Assembly: GCF_001194135.2 (NCBI RefSeq) | Contig: NC_068988.1 | Span: 2,086,190-2,129,688 of the forward strand | DNA length: 43,499 nt | Direction: 5' to 3' | Source: Octopus bimaculoides | Lineage: Eukaryota | Shown: one piece after another, positions 1-11,512 of the stretch | How positions within the stretch are numbered: position 1 is the stretch's first letter | Layout: every line of letters begins with the position of its first letter | Notes under the pieces: generated by a model | What the model was told of the DNA's origin: nothing | Databases searched by the model: none | The model's input: the letters and a program-made list of their open reading frames with translations, nothing else | Program-made: the position numbers and the translations under genes

Positions 1-176
1 TGAGAGCGGTATTAGGGCTAGACAGAAGAGAAGTGGTGATAGTGAGTCACCCTGGAAAATGCCACATGAAATTCTTACATCTCCAGCATTTAGAGATTCA
101 TTGTCATTGTTCAACATCAGTGTGGTTCTCCATGATCTCATACTTACAGATAAAAAGTTTCGCAGAGTAGGAGCTA

Positions 177-178
<2 letters not shown>

Positions 179-245
<67 letters not shown>

Positions 246-280
246 CATTATTATTATCATCATCATCATCATCATCATCA
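179..280. repeat. (ATT)n-(ATC)n compound microsatellite, 3' tail of the adjacent Dong/R4-type LINE
   Basis: Direct inspection; reads (GAT)n(AAT)n on the minus strand immediately after the element's short 3' UTR. Confidence 0.95.
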
Positions 281-970
281 TACACTCAACAGATTAGGCT
301 GATGGAAAAGAAAAGAATCCTAACATTGGGCTACAACAAATAACGTTAGATACCAAGATCCTTCCTATTGGGTTACAGCAAGCAAGCTTAGATGCCAAGA
401 ACCCTCTTAAGTATCCTAGCTGTTCCTAATAACACTGATTTCTGCAGCTGTACTAAACTGGGTTTCATGTCTATTTCCTCTAACCATTTGTAGAGGATAA
501 TTCACAATGTGAACAATTCCTAATGCACCTATAACTACTATGATACATTTTACCCGCACTTTCCATAGTCTTTGTAATTCAATAGTTAGGTCCTGGTACT
601 TTGCTATACTTCTTATATTAATGTTTTCATCATTTGGGACTGTAAAATCAATTATCTGGCACTTTCTATTCTCTTTATCCACCAAATCAGGCCTGCTAGC
701 TTCTGTTATACTCTGTCACTTTGAATATTAATGTCACACAACATCTTATATTTCTTACTTTCTTGTACTTTACTAGGTTCATGTTTATACCATTTATCAG
801 TATGGTCAAATCCTAGCCTTCTACATCACTCCCAGTGGATTACTCTCCCTAGGTTGTCATGTCTTCTCTCGTATTCTTTCTGTCAGCATGCTACATTCAC
901 TTACTATAGGAGTAATGCTTTCCTCTTTTGATTTGCATAATCTACATTGAGCATCTATTTGGTTTTTGTG

Positions 971-972
<2 letters not shown>
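281..972 (-). mobile_element. 5'-truncated, decayed R4/Dong-type non-LTR retrotransposon 3' end (CCHC knuckle + restriction-like endonuclease)
   Basis: Minus-strand translation with frameshifts and stops gives CRLCKSKEESITPIVSEC (knuckle), RRHDNLGRVIHWE, then RPDL-VDKENRKCQIIDFTVPNDE..KYQDLTIELQRLWKV..VVIGALG and SVLLGTARILKRVLGI*. This is the PD-(D/E)xK RLE layout of R4/Dong-like LINEs. Confidence 0.85.
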
Positions 973-973
<1 letters not shown>

Positions 974-1001
<28 letters not shown>

Positions 1002-1019
1002 CGTTATTATTATCATCAG

Positions 1020-1109
<90 letters not shown>

Positions 1110-1110
1110 T
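974..1110. repeat. (ATT)n-(ATC)n-(ATT)n compound microsatellite
   Basis: Direct inspection. Confidence 0.95.
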
Positions 1111-1670
1111 GCTGAAAGGAGAGTCACGAATTTTTATTGTTCCATGGAAGTGACATATTTGTTGTCGACCTTACTCATTTAAATATTTTTTTTATTTCTC
1201 TGTAAATTTGCTCTGATTTGCATCAGAAAAGACGAGCGAGGCTTTGCGTTGGTCTAATTCTTCTGGCGCCTGTTTAGGCGACATTTTCCTTCACAATTTT
1301 CGAAAATACTCTTTAAAAAACAGTATTTATTTTAAAATGGTGGCGATTGTGCTGTTTAAGGCAATAAAAAGAAACAAATATGAGAAAATGAGAGGAAACA
1401 CGAACAGGAAGGCGGGGCATCTCTCTTTTAATTACACAGAGTGGGGAAACATAAAAATTACACCTCTCACTCCAAGCATCGGTGGCTGCGTTGGCGGCGA
1501 TATTACGACCTCCAGCGCCATCACCACAGTCGCCATCAACTACATCACCTATGTCAATCATACTGTGGTGGCGGTCATGACACCGAGAAGGTTGGCTACA
1601 GAATACCAGAATGGTTACGCCTTCCGTGGACAAAAACAGCATCAACAATAGCAGCAGCAGCAACAACAAC

Positions 1671-1974
1671 TGGCATTCCATCGGTGACAACGACAAGGGT
1701 TCCAGTGGATTCGATCGATGGAACAGCCTATTCGTAAAATGAACGTGGTGGTGGCTGAATACACTTGTATCCTTAACGTGGTTCTCAGGGAGATTCAGCG
1801 TGACACAGAGTGTGGCAATTTCGACCCTATGAATTACAGGTACCGCTCGTTTTTTGACTGGAGCAACGTGAAATAAAGTGTCTTGCTCAAGGACACAGTG
1901 CATCACCGGGAATCGAACACACGACTTTACGACCGTGAGCCAAATACCCGAATCACTAAGCCACGAACCTTCAC
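1671..1974 (-). mobile_element. tRNA-headed SINE, family C, full length, inserted in a (CAA)n run
   Basis: Minus strand shows an A-box-like TGGCTTAGTG, a B-box GTTCGATTC and a CORE-like TGTGTCCTTGAGCAAGACAC. GCAACAACAAC flanks both sides. Confidence 0.8.
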
Positions 1975-2498
1975 TGCAACAACAACAACAACAATTGCAA
2001 ATCGTTCTTTAAAATGATCGTTCAAATAAGAAGTTTACTGGAAAGAACAGCCAAAGCATTCGAAGGCTGAGTGCCAGGAAAAGTGTGTTAGGAATATTGT
2101 GGAATTGGATCTAATATCTTTTCCAGTAGAACTTTCGAAGGAGGAGGGTAGAAACATCACTTCCAAATGTGACTGTTAAAAGTCACCAGCAGATCAACAT
2201 CCCACGCCATCGCAAGTCCAAAAATTCTTCTAAAAGTTATGGGACGCATGCATATGCGGCACGTCTGCTTTTACAATGGTCTCTCAGACTTTCATATGAT
2301 TCCAAACACTGCGGTTCGTTCATATTGCAGCTGTTTGAAGATAAGCCTTCCTTCAGTACGAAAGGAAAAGACGGAATTTTTTTAGATGTGCTACAGTTGC
2401 AAGACGAAACGTAGATGAGAGAATTTTGCTAAACGACGGCATTTCTTCGCCGCAGAATTAATCAGAGAGAGAGAGAGAGAGAGGGGGAGTGAGAGTAC

Positions 2499-2870
2499 AG
2501 TTCCGGGTTCAGTTCAGGCACGTGTCTTCTACTACAACTTCGGGCCGATAAAAACCTTGTGAGGGTATTTGGTAGACGGAAACTGAAAGAAGCCCACCGT
2601 ATATGTATGTGTGTGTGTGTGTGTGTGTTTGTGTGTATGTGTGTGTGTGTGTGTTTGTGTGTATGTGTATGTGTGTGTGTGTGTTTGTCCTTCACCACCG
2701 CTTCACAACCGATGTTAGTGTGTTTAGCCGTAACTTAGCGGATCAGCAAAACAGTGTGATAGAATATGTACCAGGTTTTAAAAACTAAGTTCAGGGTCGA
2801 TTCATTCTTCAAGCCGGTGATACAGCATGGCCGCAATCTAATGACTAAAGCACATAAATGATAGAATACA
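2499..2870 (+). mobile_element. SINE family A (tRNA head + CORE-like domain + internal TG/TA microsatellite + second half + 3' module)
   Basis: Diagnostic TTTGGTAGACGGAAACTGAAAGAAGCCC, internal (TG)n and 3' CAGCATGGCCGCA; matches the other copies in the window. Confidence 0.8.
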
Positions 2871-3362
2871 AAAAATATTATTATGGAAAGCAGTGGTAAA
2901 TACTCTTTCATTAAGGTAATATAAAGAATTAACCCTAAAAGTCTGGCAATATTTTACTTCCCTGTTGGTGAATATTGCTTTTATTTGAATGATTTTCCCG
3001 TTCGTGAAAATAATGAGAAAACCGAGAAATTTGTTTTAAACATTCATGAAAATGAATCCTGTAGAATCCTCGTTATTAGTTCCATTAAGAGCATTCGCCA
3101 GCAGCCGCCGCACCTTCATCACCAGTTCGTTGCGATCGCAAATGTCAAATAAAGTAGTTGTTTAGAGAAACAACTGAATATTTTAGCTGGTGTCAACATC
3201 TGCAGAGTTATCATTATTAGTTCTTATTACTATTGTTGCTCGTTGATGAACATTTTTTTCTTCATATTCCAGCACGGCGAGAATAATTTATTATCATTTT
3301 CATGCAAATGAAATGCAAACAACCACGACAGTAATAATCATAATAATATTGCCTTTTTTATA

Positions 3363-3421
<59 letters not shown>

Positions 3422-4598
3422 ATAATAATAAAAATAATAATAATCCTTTCTGTATTGGGTCACAAAGGCCCATACTTGGCAAACAAAATCAGTCATATAA
3501 AATGGTTACAACCCTATAGGGATGTATACACATATAAACGACATTTGGCGCGAATACGTAATACAGTATATTAAAATATACAATATATTATACAAAGTAT
3601 ACCGTATAACATATTTATTATATTAAGAAAAGGTTTAAGATTTAGTATACAAATCAGATAGGGGCAGAAACTTGCATTTAGGTAGACTCATCGCCTTCGA
3701 TGACATCAACCACTTTTCGCCTTGACACCTTTCTGAAAACTGGGTACTTCCAATTTGACTTTCTGCTTCTTCGAGTTTGGTGCAAAACTCCTCATTATGT
3801 AGGGAATCGTTCTTTAGCTGAATATAGATATATGATGTGAGAATATTCCTGGACAGGCATATGCTGCATTAAACACATATCTTCACCAGTCGTCCATTCC
3901 ACATACTCTACTGCCCCAATTACTTTTTACCGGAGACCAAGTAGGCCTCTGCAGTTTTTGTCGACAGCACAAATAGGTTGCCTTCTGTCCTATTCCAGCG
4001 TGTATGATTGCTTTGAGCAAAAACGCACTTGTTTTTGTTATGTAGTGTTACCACGTTGTTTTTCGTCTGCTACTCGATATTTAATGTTCGTCAGTTGCAG
4101 AAATGCTAGCAAATGACAATGCCGGTTCTTTATTTAAATTTCTAACACTAAAAATACAGAATTATTTTCGTTTGACTCTAGTTGTGAGTGTATAAAGGAG
4201 AGTATTGTTCTGGTTGTCTATTTTCTCAATATAATGCATCGTCAAAACAGTTCTCATCAGTGATTATTATCCACAGAAACGTTATAACTTCTTTTTCCTT
4301 TGCGTATGTATGTTATTACAAAATAACCTTGTCAAACTCTTTGTTTCGTGTTTCTTTTTTCTCTATATTCCGTGGAATTAAATTCAGACCCAATAGGTTT
4401 GTATGCGTGGAAATATCTGTCACGGCGTTGTTCATGATAGAAAATAAGAACAAAATAAAATTTACGCAGAACCCTACAGCTTGTGAGTACAAACTTCAAA
4501 ACTGTTCGAACTCATTTTTACGAAAGAAATTTAAAAAAAAATTACGTTAATGTATTTGTTTTGCAAAGATTGTGATGTGAAAAATGACCATCTCGAAA

Positions 4599-5015
4599 TA
4601 TCTTTCATCTTTTGCCTGTTTCAATCAGTAGACTATGGCCATGCTGGGGCAGCACCGCCTTGAAGAAATTCTAGTTGAATGAATTGACTCCAATACTTTT
4701 TAAGCTCGCTACCTATTCTATCAGTCTCTTTTGCCAAACTTCTAGTATACAGAGACGTAAATACACCAACACCGGTTGTCAAGCAGTGGTAGTGGACAGA
4801 CACACGAATGCAAATATACACGCACCTACATATATACACATATACATGCATATACACGATGGGCTTCTTTCAGTTTCCGTCTACCAAATACACTCACAAG
4901 GTTTTGGTCAGCTCGAATCAATAGTAGACGACACTTGCCCAAGGTACCATGCAGTGGGACTGAAACCGGAGCCATATGGTTGGGAAGCAAACTTCTTACC
5001 ACACAACCTGCGCCT
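4599..5015 (-). mobile_element. SINE family A, full length
   Basis: Reverse complement has head GGCGCAGGTTGTGTGGTAAGAAG, CORE-like CCTTGGGCAAGTGTC, GGAAACTGAAAGAAGCCC and tail AAGGCGGTGCTGCCCCAGCATGGCC...AAAAGATGAAAGATA. Confidence 0.85.
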
Positions 5016-5094
5016 CTATAACAATATATATAACAGTAATTTTTCAAAATTTATTTTTTGATGCTGGTTAAACTTGCTGAAATCTAAATGGCAG

Positions 5095-5134
<40 letters not shown>

Positions 5135-5254
5135 AACTTGCTTGAGAAAGTCAACAGTCAATGATAAGGTATTTTTTTCTTTTATTGATCACCAGGGTCT
5201 GTTTGTCCCTTTGTCCGTCCGTTTGTCCGTCTGGGGCACCGCCTAGAAAATTTT

Positions 5255-5400
5255 CTACTCGAATGAATCGACCCTTGTGGTTGTTTTTAAAGCTTGATAT
5301 TTAGTCTACCGGTCTGTTTTTCTGAACCGCTAAGTTACAGGAACAAACACTCCCACACCGGTTGTCAAACGGTAGTAGGGGAGAAAGACAAACACAAAGA
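5255..5400 (-). mobile_element. SINE family A, second-half fragment
   Basis: GAATGAATCGACCC...GAACCGCTAAGTTAC...ACACCGGTTGTCAA matches 4670-4790. Confidence 0.6.
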
Positions 5401-5537
5401 TAAACACGCACATACACGCACACATACACACAAACACACACACACAAAAACACACACTCAATCACACACACACATACCCCCCCCCCCACAAAACCGATTT
5501 CAGTAGCAGCCATGGTCTTAATTCCTGGCAGCTGCTG

Positions 5538-5616
<79 letters not shown>

Positions 5617-5947
5617 CTCTGCTGCTGGTCTTTATGCTTTCTTTTCCCCACTTTTTCTCTTCTGGACAGAAAAATACTTAAAGGACTGTTATTATCAGAC
5701 ACATGGACACTGGACCTTCTGCCTCTGTGGGACCACGCTCAAGTTCTCTCTGTTTCCTCATCCCTGATGGTTTTTAACACACACACACACTCTCTCTCTC
5801 TTTTTGTCTCTCTCTCTCTTTCTGTCTCTCTTTTTCTATCTGTCTGTCTGTCTAGCTAGCTAGCTATTTATGAACGTACGAACGTATGTATGTATGTATG
5901 TATGTATGTATGTATGTATGTATGTATGAACGTATGGATGTGTATAT

Positions 5948-6298
5948 AGGCGTGGCTGTGTGGTAANNNNNNNNNNGTCTTTTCATATAGCCTTGGACTG
6001 ACCAAAGCCTTGTAATTGGATTTGGTAAATGGAAACAGGAAGAAGCTCATTGTATGTGTGTGTGTGTGCATGTGTGTGTTTGTGTCTGTGTTTGTCCCCC
6101 ACCACCGTTTAACAGCTGGTATTAATGAGTTTACATCTCTGTTACTTAGCAGTTCAGCAAAACAGACTGATAGAATAAGTACCAGACTTCCAAAAGAAAA
6201 TAAGTACAGGTGTCAATTCATTTGACTAAAAATTCTTCAAGGGGTGCCCCAGCATGGCCACAGCCTAGTGGCTGAGACAAGTAAAAGATAAAAGATAT
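5948..6298 (+). mobile_element. SINE family A, full length, with a 10-N gap in the head
   Basis: GGCGTGGCTGTGTGGTAA head; tail TTCAAGGGGTGCCCCAGCATGGCCACAGCC...AAAAGATAAAAGATA. Confidence 0.8.
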
Positions 6299-6828
6299 AC
6301 ACATGCATGCATACATACATATAACTATGTATGTATGTAAATATATATTTATATATATATATACACACACACAAATGTATGTATATTCACACAGACACAT
6401 GTATACACACATGTATGTCTTGTTTTGGAGCCCAACCAATAGACTGTTACTATAGCAATAATGTAGCTAGCTTTACCAGCTGATTATAATGTAAAGATGT
6501 ATGACAGAGCTGACTTTAAATTGTCCGGTAGTTGAATGGGCAGCGCTTGTTATATTAAATATTCTCCAATGAAAGAAGTTAAGAGATAAACAATATCTTT
6601 CACTCTAACATTACTGACAAACGGTTAGCTCTTTGTCTCTTATTACAAAACCTAATATCATTAAAATGGTATCTGTTGAATGGCTCTGATTTAATATAGG
6701 ATACAGTCAGGAATATCTTACCGGAACATTTCTTGGAATTTATTGTTTCAGGAGCAATTCATAGGAAATATTACTTATTATATTTTATCGATATATTCAT
6801 GAAATTGAACTTCCTCATTTGATCTGAG

Positions 6829-6965
6829 ATACACTTGCTTTCCAATTATGTGGTTCTGGGTTCAGTCCTACTACATAGCACCTTGGGCAAGTGTTTTCTA
6901 CCATAGCCTTGGGAAGACCAAAGCCTTGTGAGTGAATTTGGTTGATGGAAACTGAAAGAAGTCCA

Positions 6966-7007
<42 letters not shown>

Positions 7008-7014
7008 GCACACA
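6829..7014 (+). mobile_element. SINE family A 5' half followed by (CA)n
   Basis: GGGTTCAGTCC...GCACCTTGGGCAAGTG...GGAAACTGAAAGAAG. Confidence 0.75.
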
Positions 7015-8340
7015 TTATAATGATTGTTGGTCGTTAGCATGGACTCAGTATTTCATTTTGTGACTACAATAAAACACCAAGTATATTAAAGATTGTGTTT
7101 ATCCCACTGTAATGTGAGTGGTCCCTAAAAAACAATACTGAAATTTTAACCCCAGGAAGAAATTCTCCTCCAGCTGGTTTATTCAGTGCATTTTCCACAC
7201 TTGATATTTATTGCAAGCGGGAGATAACTCCTGCCACCCTAGCTTTGAGACCACCAGACCACTTGATTTCGGTCTGCTGGAATCTCTTCAGGGGTGGGCA
7301 TCCATTTGCCTGGCATGGCAGTAATTTAACATTGCTTGTAATATATAGAAAATACAGTGTCATACAATTGCATATTGAAGTTTTACAAATCGATATTGGG
7401 CCTTACTTTTGTGTTAGCAGTGCCTTGTTTTCATTTTTTTAGTTTTTCCCTACAGATTTTCTACAAATTTTCTTTAGAGTACAGCTGGTTCTGAACTCTA
7501 CAGGGAAATCATTTGAAATAAGCTAAAATTCCAGTTCTTGTATGTCTGCCATATTTCCTGATATTACACAAGGTGACAAATGTATACATATAATGGACAC
7601 GTTACCTGTTAACTGTCACCTGACAGGTAAAACTCTGGTTATTTAATATTTTTCTCTTATCACTTTCTGCTTTATGTTGAGATATTCCAAATGTTACAGG
7701 GATAGGTATTAGCTTATCTAAATAACACTACATGAACAATTTATGAATCGATGCCAAGAATATTTCTGTTTACTTATGTCATCTCCAAAGATTCCCGAAC
7801 TATTTCTACACCTTGTCTTTTAGATTTAAATCTAAAATTTACAATCTTTAATGAAATATCCATCGATCAAACAATAGATAGAGCTCACAACATAAAACCC
7901 CACGGGAATATTTCAAACTTAAAAGTATTTTGAAACACGAGTTGATGTATTTCATGCAAAAACTGGTCTTTTTTTTTTTCCTTGTTATTCATAGCAGCAA
8001 TAACTTAGTGTTCTCCCTGCCAAATAATGGTGTCTGTAAGTTTTAACTGATATAATTCTTGGCAAATACAGTTTGTTTATGTCATATTTCTTCTTAATAT
8101 AAAGCGAGATGAAATGCTCAACATTTTGGAGATGAAAGTAACAATGGGCAGTGGAAAGATGGAAGTATTTATGGGTATTTTGATTGCTATTTGTCCAAGA
8201 AGTTTTACAGTCTTTCAAAGGTTTATGTTCTTCATATTTCTATTGGTTTCAAGTAGGACAATTCAGACAGTGATGCTGCTCTGTTTTTATTTTGTTTTAG
8301 TTACTCTTAATAAAATATGATAAACTGGCAGATGTCAACC

Positions 8341-8353
8341 TCACTCGAGAGAC
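8341..8353 (-). CDS. Candidate terminal coding micro-segment (R)SLE* of an unidentified minus-strand gene
   Basis: Acceptor TGTGTTATTTGTTAAGATTTCAG|G TCT CTC GAG TGA, phase-compatible with the 11244-11286 candidate. Signal-based only. Confidence 0.2.
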
Positions 8354-8572
8354 CTGAAATCTTAACAAATAACACAATAAGAGGAATTTATGCCTTTCAA
8401 TGATTGCGCTTATAATTTATAAGTATCAAAGTACTTCAGTGCAAAAAGTGAGTTTATTTCAAGCAAAGTTATTGCTTTTGGCTTTTTGAGAAAGGTGTGA
8501 TTATACTATTTGAAGTTCAAATTGGTCTGTGAATCTAATGTAAATAAATGAAAGATTCCTCCTACTTTCTCT

Positions 8573-8610
<38 letters not shown>

Positions 8611-9482
8611 AGGATTATTTCCTACTTAAGTAGTCTTTTATAATGTTCATTCTGTTCATCTTTGTCACATGGGGAAGTTTCGAATTACATACTTGATTCT
8701 AAAGATCAAAGTAAAATACATCTATTGCTTTCTCAACTCATCACATCACAGTCTCTGGATGTCGACTAATATATTGATGACAGTGTTGTTTGGATATCAT
8801 TATTATATTCTAAAGCAGGATGATTGTCTTACACTTCATGACCTCAACGAAACACCCTGGATACATTGCCAGAACATCTTAGAATATTTTACATAGAAAA
8901 TATTAATTTGTAACTTTAACACTTTATTATGTTAACATTTTGTTTAAGTAAAAGGTTTCTGAAATTGTTTTTAGCAAAATAATAATTAGATGGAAGGCTA
9001 TATGTATGATGTGTAATTAGAAATTAATAATAAAGCCATTACAGGAGAAAAATTAACACATTATGATAAGGATCATGTAACATTATATGATGCTATACAT
9101 TTCTGGAAGAATTGCATCTAAGTAGTTAGAATACACACTTAGGAGTTAATGCGTTAACAGCTCTTGCATCATCAGCGTCATCACTTCCTCTATTAAGTCA
9201 ATGATGGAAATAAGTGTGACATAGAGTCACAGTTTATTGTTGCATAATTGACAAGTGTTTCAGTAACATACCCTGTTGTACTCAAGTTATCTAACTCAAC
9301 AAATGAAAGTCATACAAAACCATTCCAATATACCTTCCATTCAAACACATTATTAAGATCAAATACTCAAGGTTACCTTAATGACCTCCACAAGGTTATA
9401 CGGCATTAACTAGCAAATGATATTTTACTTCTTTGTTACATCTCTTTTGTTTTTTATTGTGAGAAGCAATATAAACCAACCA

Positions 9483-9720
9483 AAGGCTGGTGAGCTGGCA
9501 GAAACGGTAGCACGCCGGGTGAAATGCTTGGCGGTATTTCGTCTGTCTTTACGTTCTGAGTTCAAATTCCGCCGAGGTCGACTTTGCCTTTCATCCTTTC
9601 AGGGTTGATTAAATAAGTACCAGTTACGCATTGGGGTCGATGTAATCGACTTAATCCCTTTGTCTGTCCTTGTTTGTCCCCTCTATGTTTAGCCCCCTGT
9701 GGGCAATAAAGAAATAAATA
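9483..9720 (+). mobile_element. tRNA-like SINE family B, young copy
   Basis: AAGGCTGGTGAGCTGGCAGAA head, GTTCTGAGTTCAAATTCC B-box-like, CTTTGCCTTTCATCCTTTC body, A-rich end; CpGs largely retained. Confidence 0.85.
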
Positions 9721-9760
9721 TGATCCAACTAGTTTCAAGTCTTTAAGCCAGATAAACAAA

Positions 9761-9894
9761 ATATTCTTTTCTACTCTAGGCACAAGGCTCAAAATTTTTG
9801 GGGTGGGGGGCCAGTCGATTAGATCAACCCCACTACACAACTGGTACTTGATTTATCGACCAAGAAAGGATGAAAGGCAAAGTTGACCTCAGGC
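9761..9894 (-). mobile_element. SINE family B, 5'-truncated
   Basis: Reverse complement GAGGTCAACTTTGCCTTTCATCCTTTC...AAGTACCAGTTG. Confidence 0.75.
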
Positions 9895-9978
9895 AAACAA
9901 AATATTAAAACAACAAACAGAAGTTTTATCATTAAATGTTTAGACAATAACATTAGTTTCCAATATTTCAGACACACT

Positions 9979-10188
9979 AAAGGGGGCAAGCTGGCAGAAC
10001 CATTAGCATATTTGGCAAAATGCTCACCATTCTTTAGGTTCTGAGTTCAAATTCTTTCAAAGCCATCTTTGCCTTTCATCATTTCAGGGTCGATAAAATA
10101 AATACCAGTTATGCACTGGTGTTGGCGTAATTGATTTACCCCCTCCTCTGGACTTGCTAGCCTAGTGTCAAAATTTAACACCAATATT
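9979..10188 (+). mobile_element. SINE family B, first of a head-to-tail pair
   Basis: Family motifs; flanked by CCAATATTYCAGACACACT at 9960-9978 and 10181-10199. Confidence 0.8.
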
Positions 10189-10199
10189 CCAGACACACT

Positions 10200-10418
10200 A
10201 AAGATGGCAAGCGGGCAGAACCATTAGCAACACCAAACAAAAACCTCAGCAGCATTTGGTCTGTCTGCATCTTCAATTCAAATGTTTCTGAGGTTGACTT
10301 TGCCTTTCATCCTTTTGGGGCCGATAACATAAGTACCAGTCATATACAGGGTTGATGTAATCAACCTGTCCCCTCTCCTGAACTTGCTGGTCTTGTGCAA
10401 AAATTTGAAACCAATATT
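10200..10418 (+). mobile_element. SINE family B, second of a head-to-tail pair
   Basis: Family motifs; ends in GAAACCAATATTTCAGA. Confidence 0.8.
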
Positions 10419-10596
10419 TCAGAGCCACCACAGCAGTGATTCCCAAACTTATTTTGTTACAGAATCTTCCAATGATTTACCAAATATCATAGAACCTACA
10501 CTGATCATTTATAAACGAGCTCCACCATCCTAATTTTAAGAGGTCATTAAATCATTAAATGTAACAAATGATTGAGTGAGAGCTTTTACTTATCCC

Positions 10597-10636
10597 CCCT
10601 CTCTCTTTCTCTCTCTCTTTCTCTCTCTCTTTCTCA

Positions 10637-10676
<40 letters not shown>

Positions 10677-10693
10677 CTTTCTCTCTCTCTCTT

Positions 10694-10753
<60 letters not shown>

Positions 10754-10786
10754 CATATATAAATATATATACATATATATATCTCC

Positions 10787-10825
<39 letters not shown>

Positions 10826-10867
10826 ATTCTGATTGAATCTGCCATCTGTTAATATGTGCCTCTTTAT

Positions 10868-10910
<43 letters not shown>
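10597..10910. repeat. (CT)n-(TA)n compound microsatellite
   Basis: Direct inspection. Confidence 0.95.
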
Positions 10911-10912
<2 letters not shown>

Positions 10913-10980
10913 TATATATTCCCCCTGCACACATGTATAAAGAAAATCACCTTGACTTTCATTTTGAAAATTGATGAATA

Positions 10981-11060
10981 TCTCCCTGTAGACAAATAGG
11001 TGTAAACACACCAAGTTCTAACTGACTCAGTGTGTTTACACCTATTCGTCTACAGAGAGA
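10981..11060. other. 80-bp near-perfect inverted repeat (31-bp arms, 18-nt loop)
   Basis: TCTCCCTGTAGACAAATAGGTGTAAACACAC / GTGTGTTTACACCTATTCGTCTACAGAGAGA, 2 mismatches. Confidence 0.9.
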
Positions 11061-11243
11061 ATTTTTCTCCATTACAAAAATATATTGAATGACTTTCTTA
11101 AGCGTATTTCGAACTGGTAACAAGTCTATATTTGTACACATCACTCCTTAGTGCTTCTACTCTGTATTTTATTTATAGCCGGCTACTGATTAGTGCAGCC
11201 AGTCACACAGTATGATGACTGGAATATGATTAGAGAGACTTAC

Positions 11244-11286
11244 CTCTTTCTCAGTTCACAATGCTCCTCTTCTCCAATGTCTGATG
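11244..11286 (-). CDS. Candidate 43-nt internal exon (xSDIGEEEHCELRK), phase 1 to 2
   Basis: Acceptor TTATTTTCTCTTCAG, donor GAG|GTAAGT, only one of three frames open. No recognisable homology. Confidence 0.4.
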
Positions 11287-11512
11287 CTGAAGAGAAAATA
11301 ACTGCTCCAAAATGCATGCTTCCATCAATATGGATAAGGAGTGCTTTGAACTGACTATTTCACTCTATATAACCATCTCACATCGTCTCTAATGAAAGAA
11401 TATCCCTAATATCCCAGAAACAGTTGTAAGACTAACTTTCTCTTTATAGATATCCAGAAAATTCCTCATAGCCTTGGTGTTGTTGTCTCATTTTATTTGA
11501 CATATATATGTA

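Larger units (their letters stand above)
1200..4550. promoter_or_regulatory. CpG-retaining domain, candidate unmethylated promoter/intergenic region
   Basis: By eye about 14 CpG in 1201-1500 versus about 18 CpG in 7000-9400. SINE copies here keep CpGs that appear as TpG/CpA in downstream copies. No TSS can be placed. Confidence 0.35.

Noticed and set aside
7751-7933. IDRAH motif resembling LINE ORF1 RRM
   Set aside because: A five-residue match only, with no supporting context.
8105-8220. Plus-strand exon with a MORN-like GQWKDG peptide
   Set aside because: The protein-like frame has an in-frame TGA right after the acceptor, and the motif match is too short.
8740-8810. YIDD RT-like motif
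   Set aside because: Flanked by stops, with no other RT motifs recognisable.
10999-11020. miR-30-like seed TGTAAACA
   Set aside because: The similarity stops after the seed, so it is not a miR-30 orthologue.
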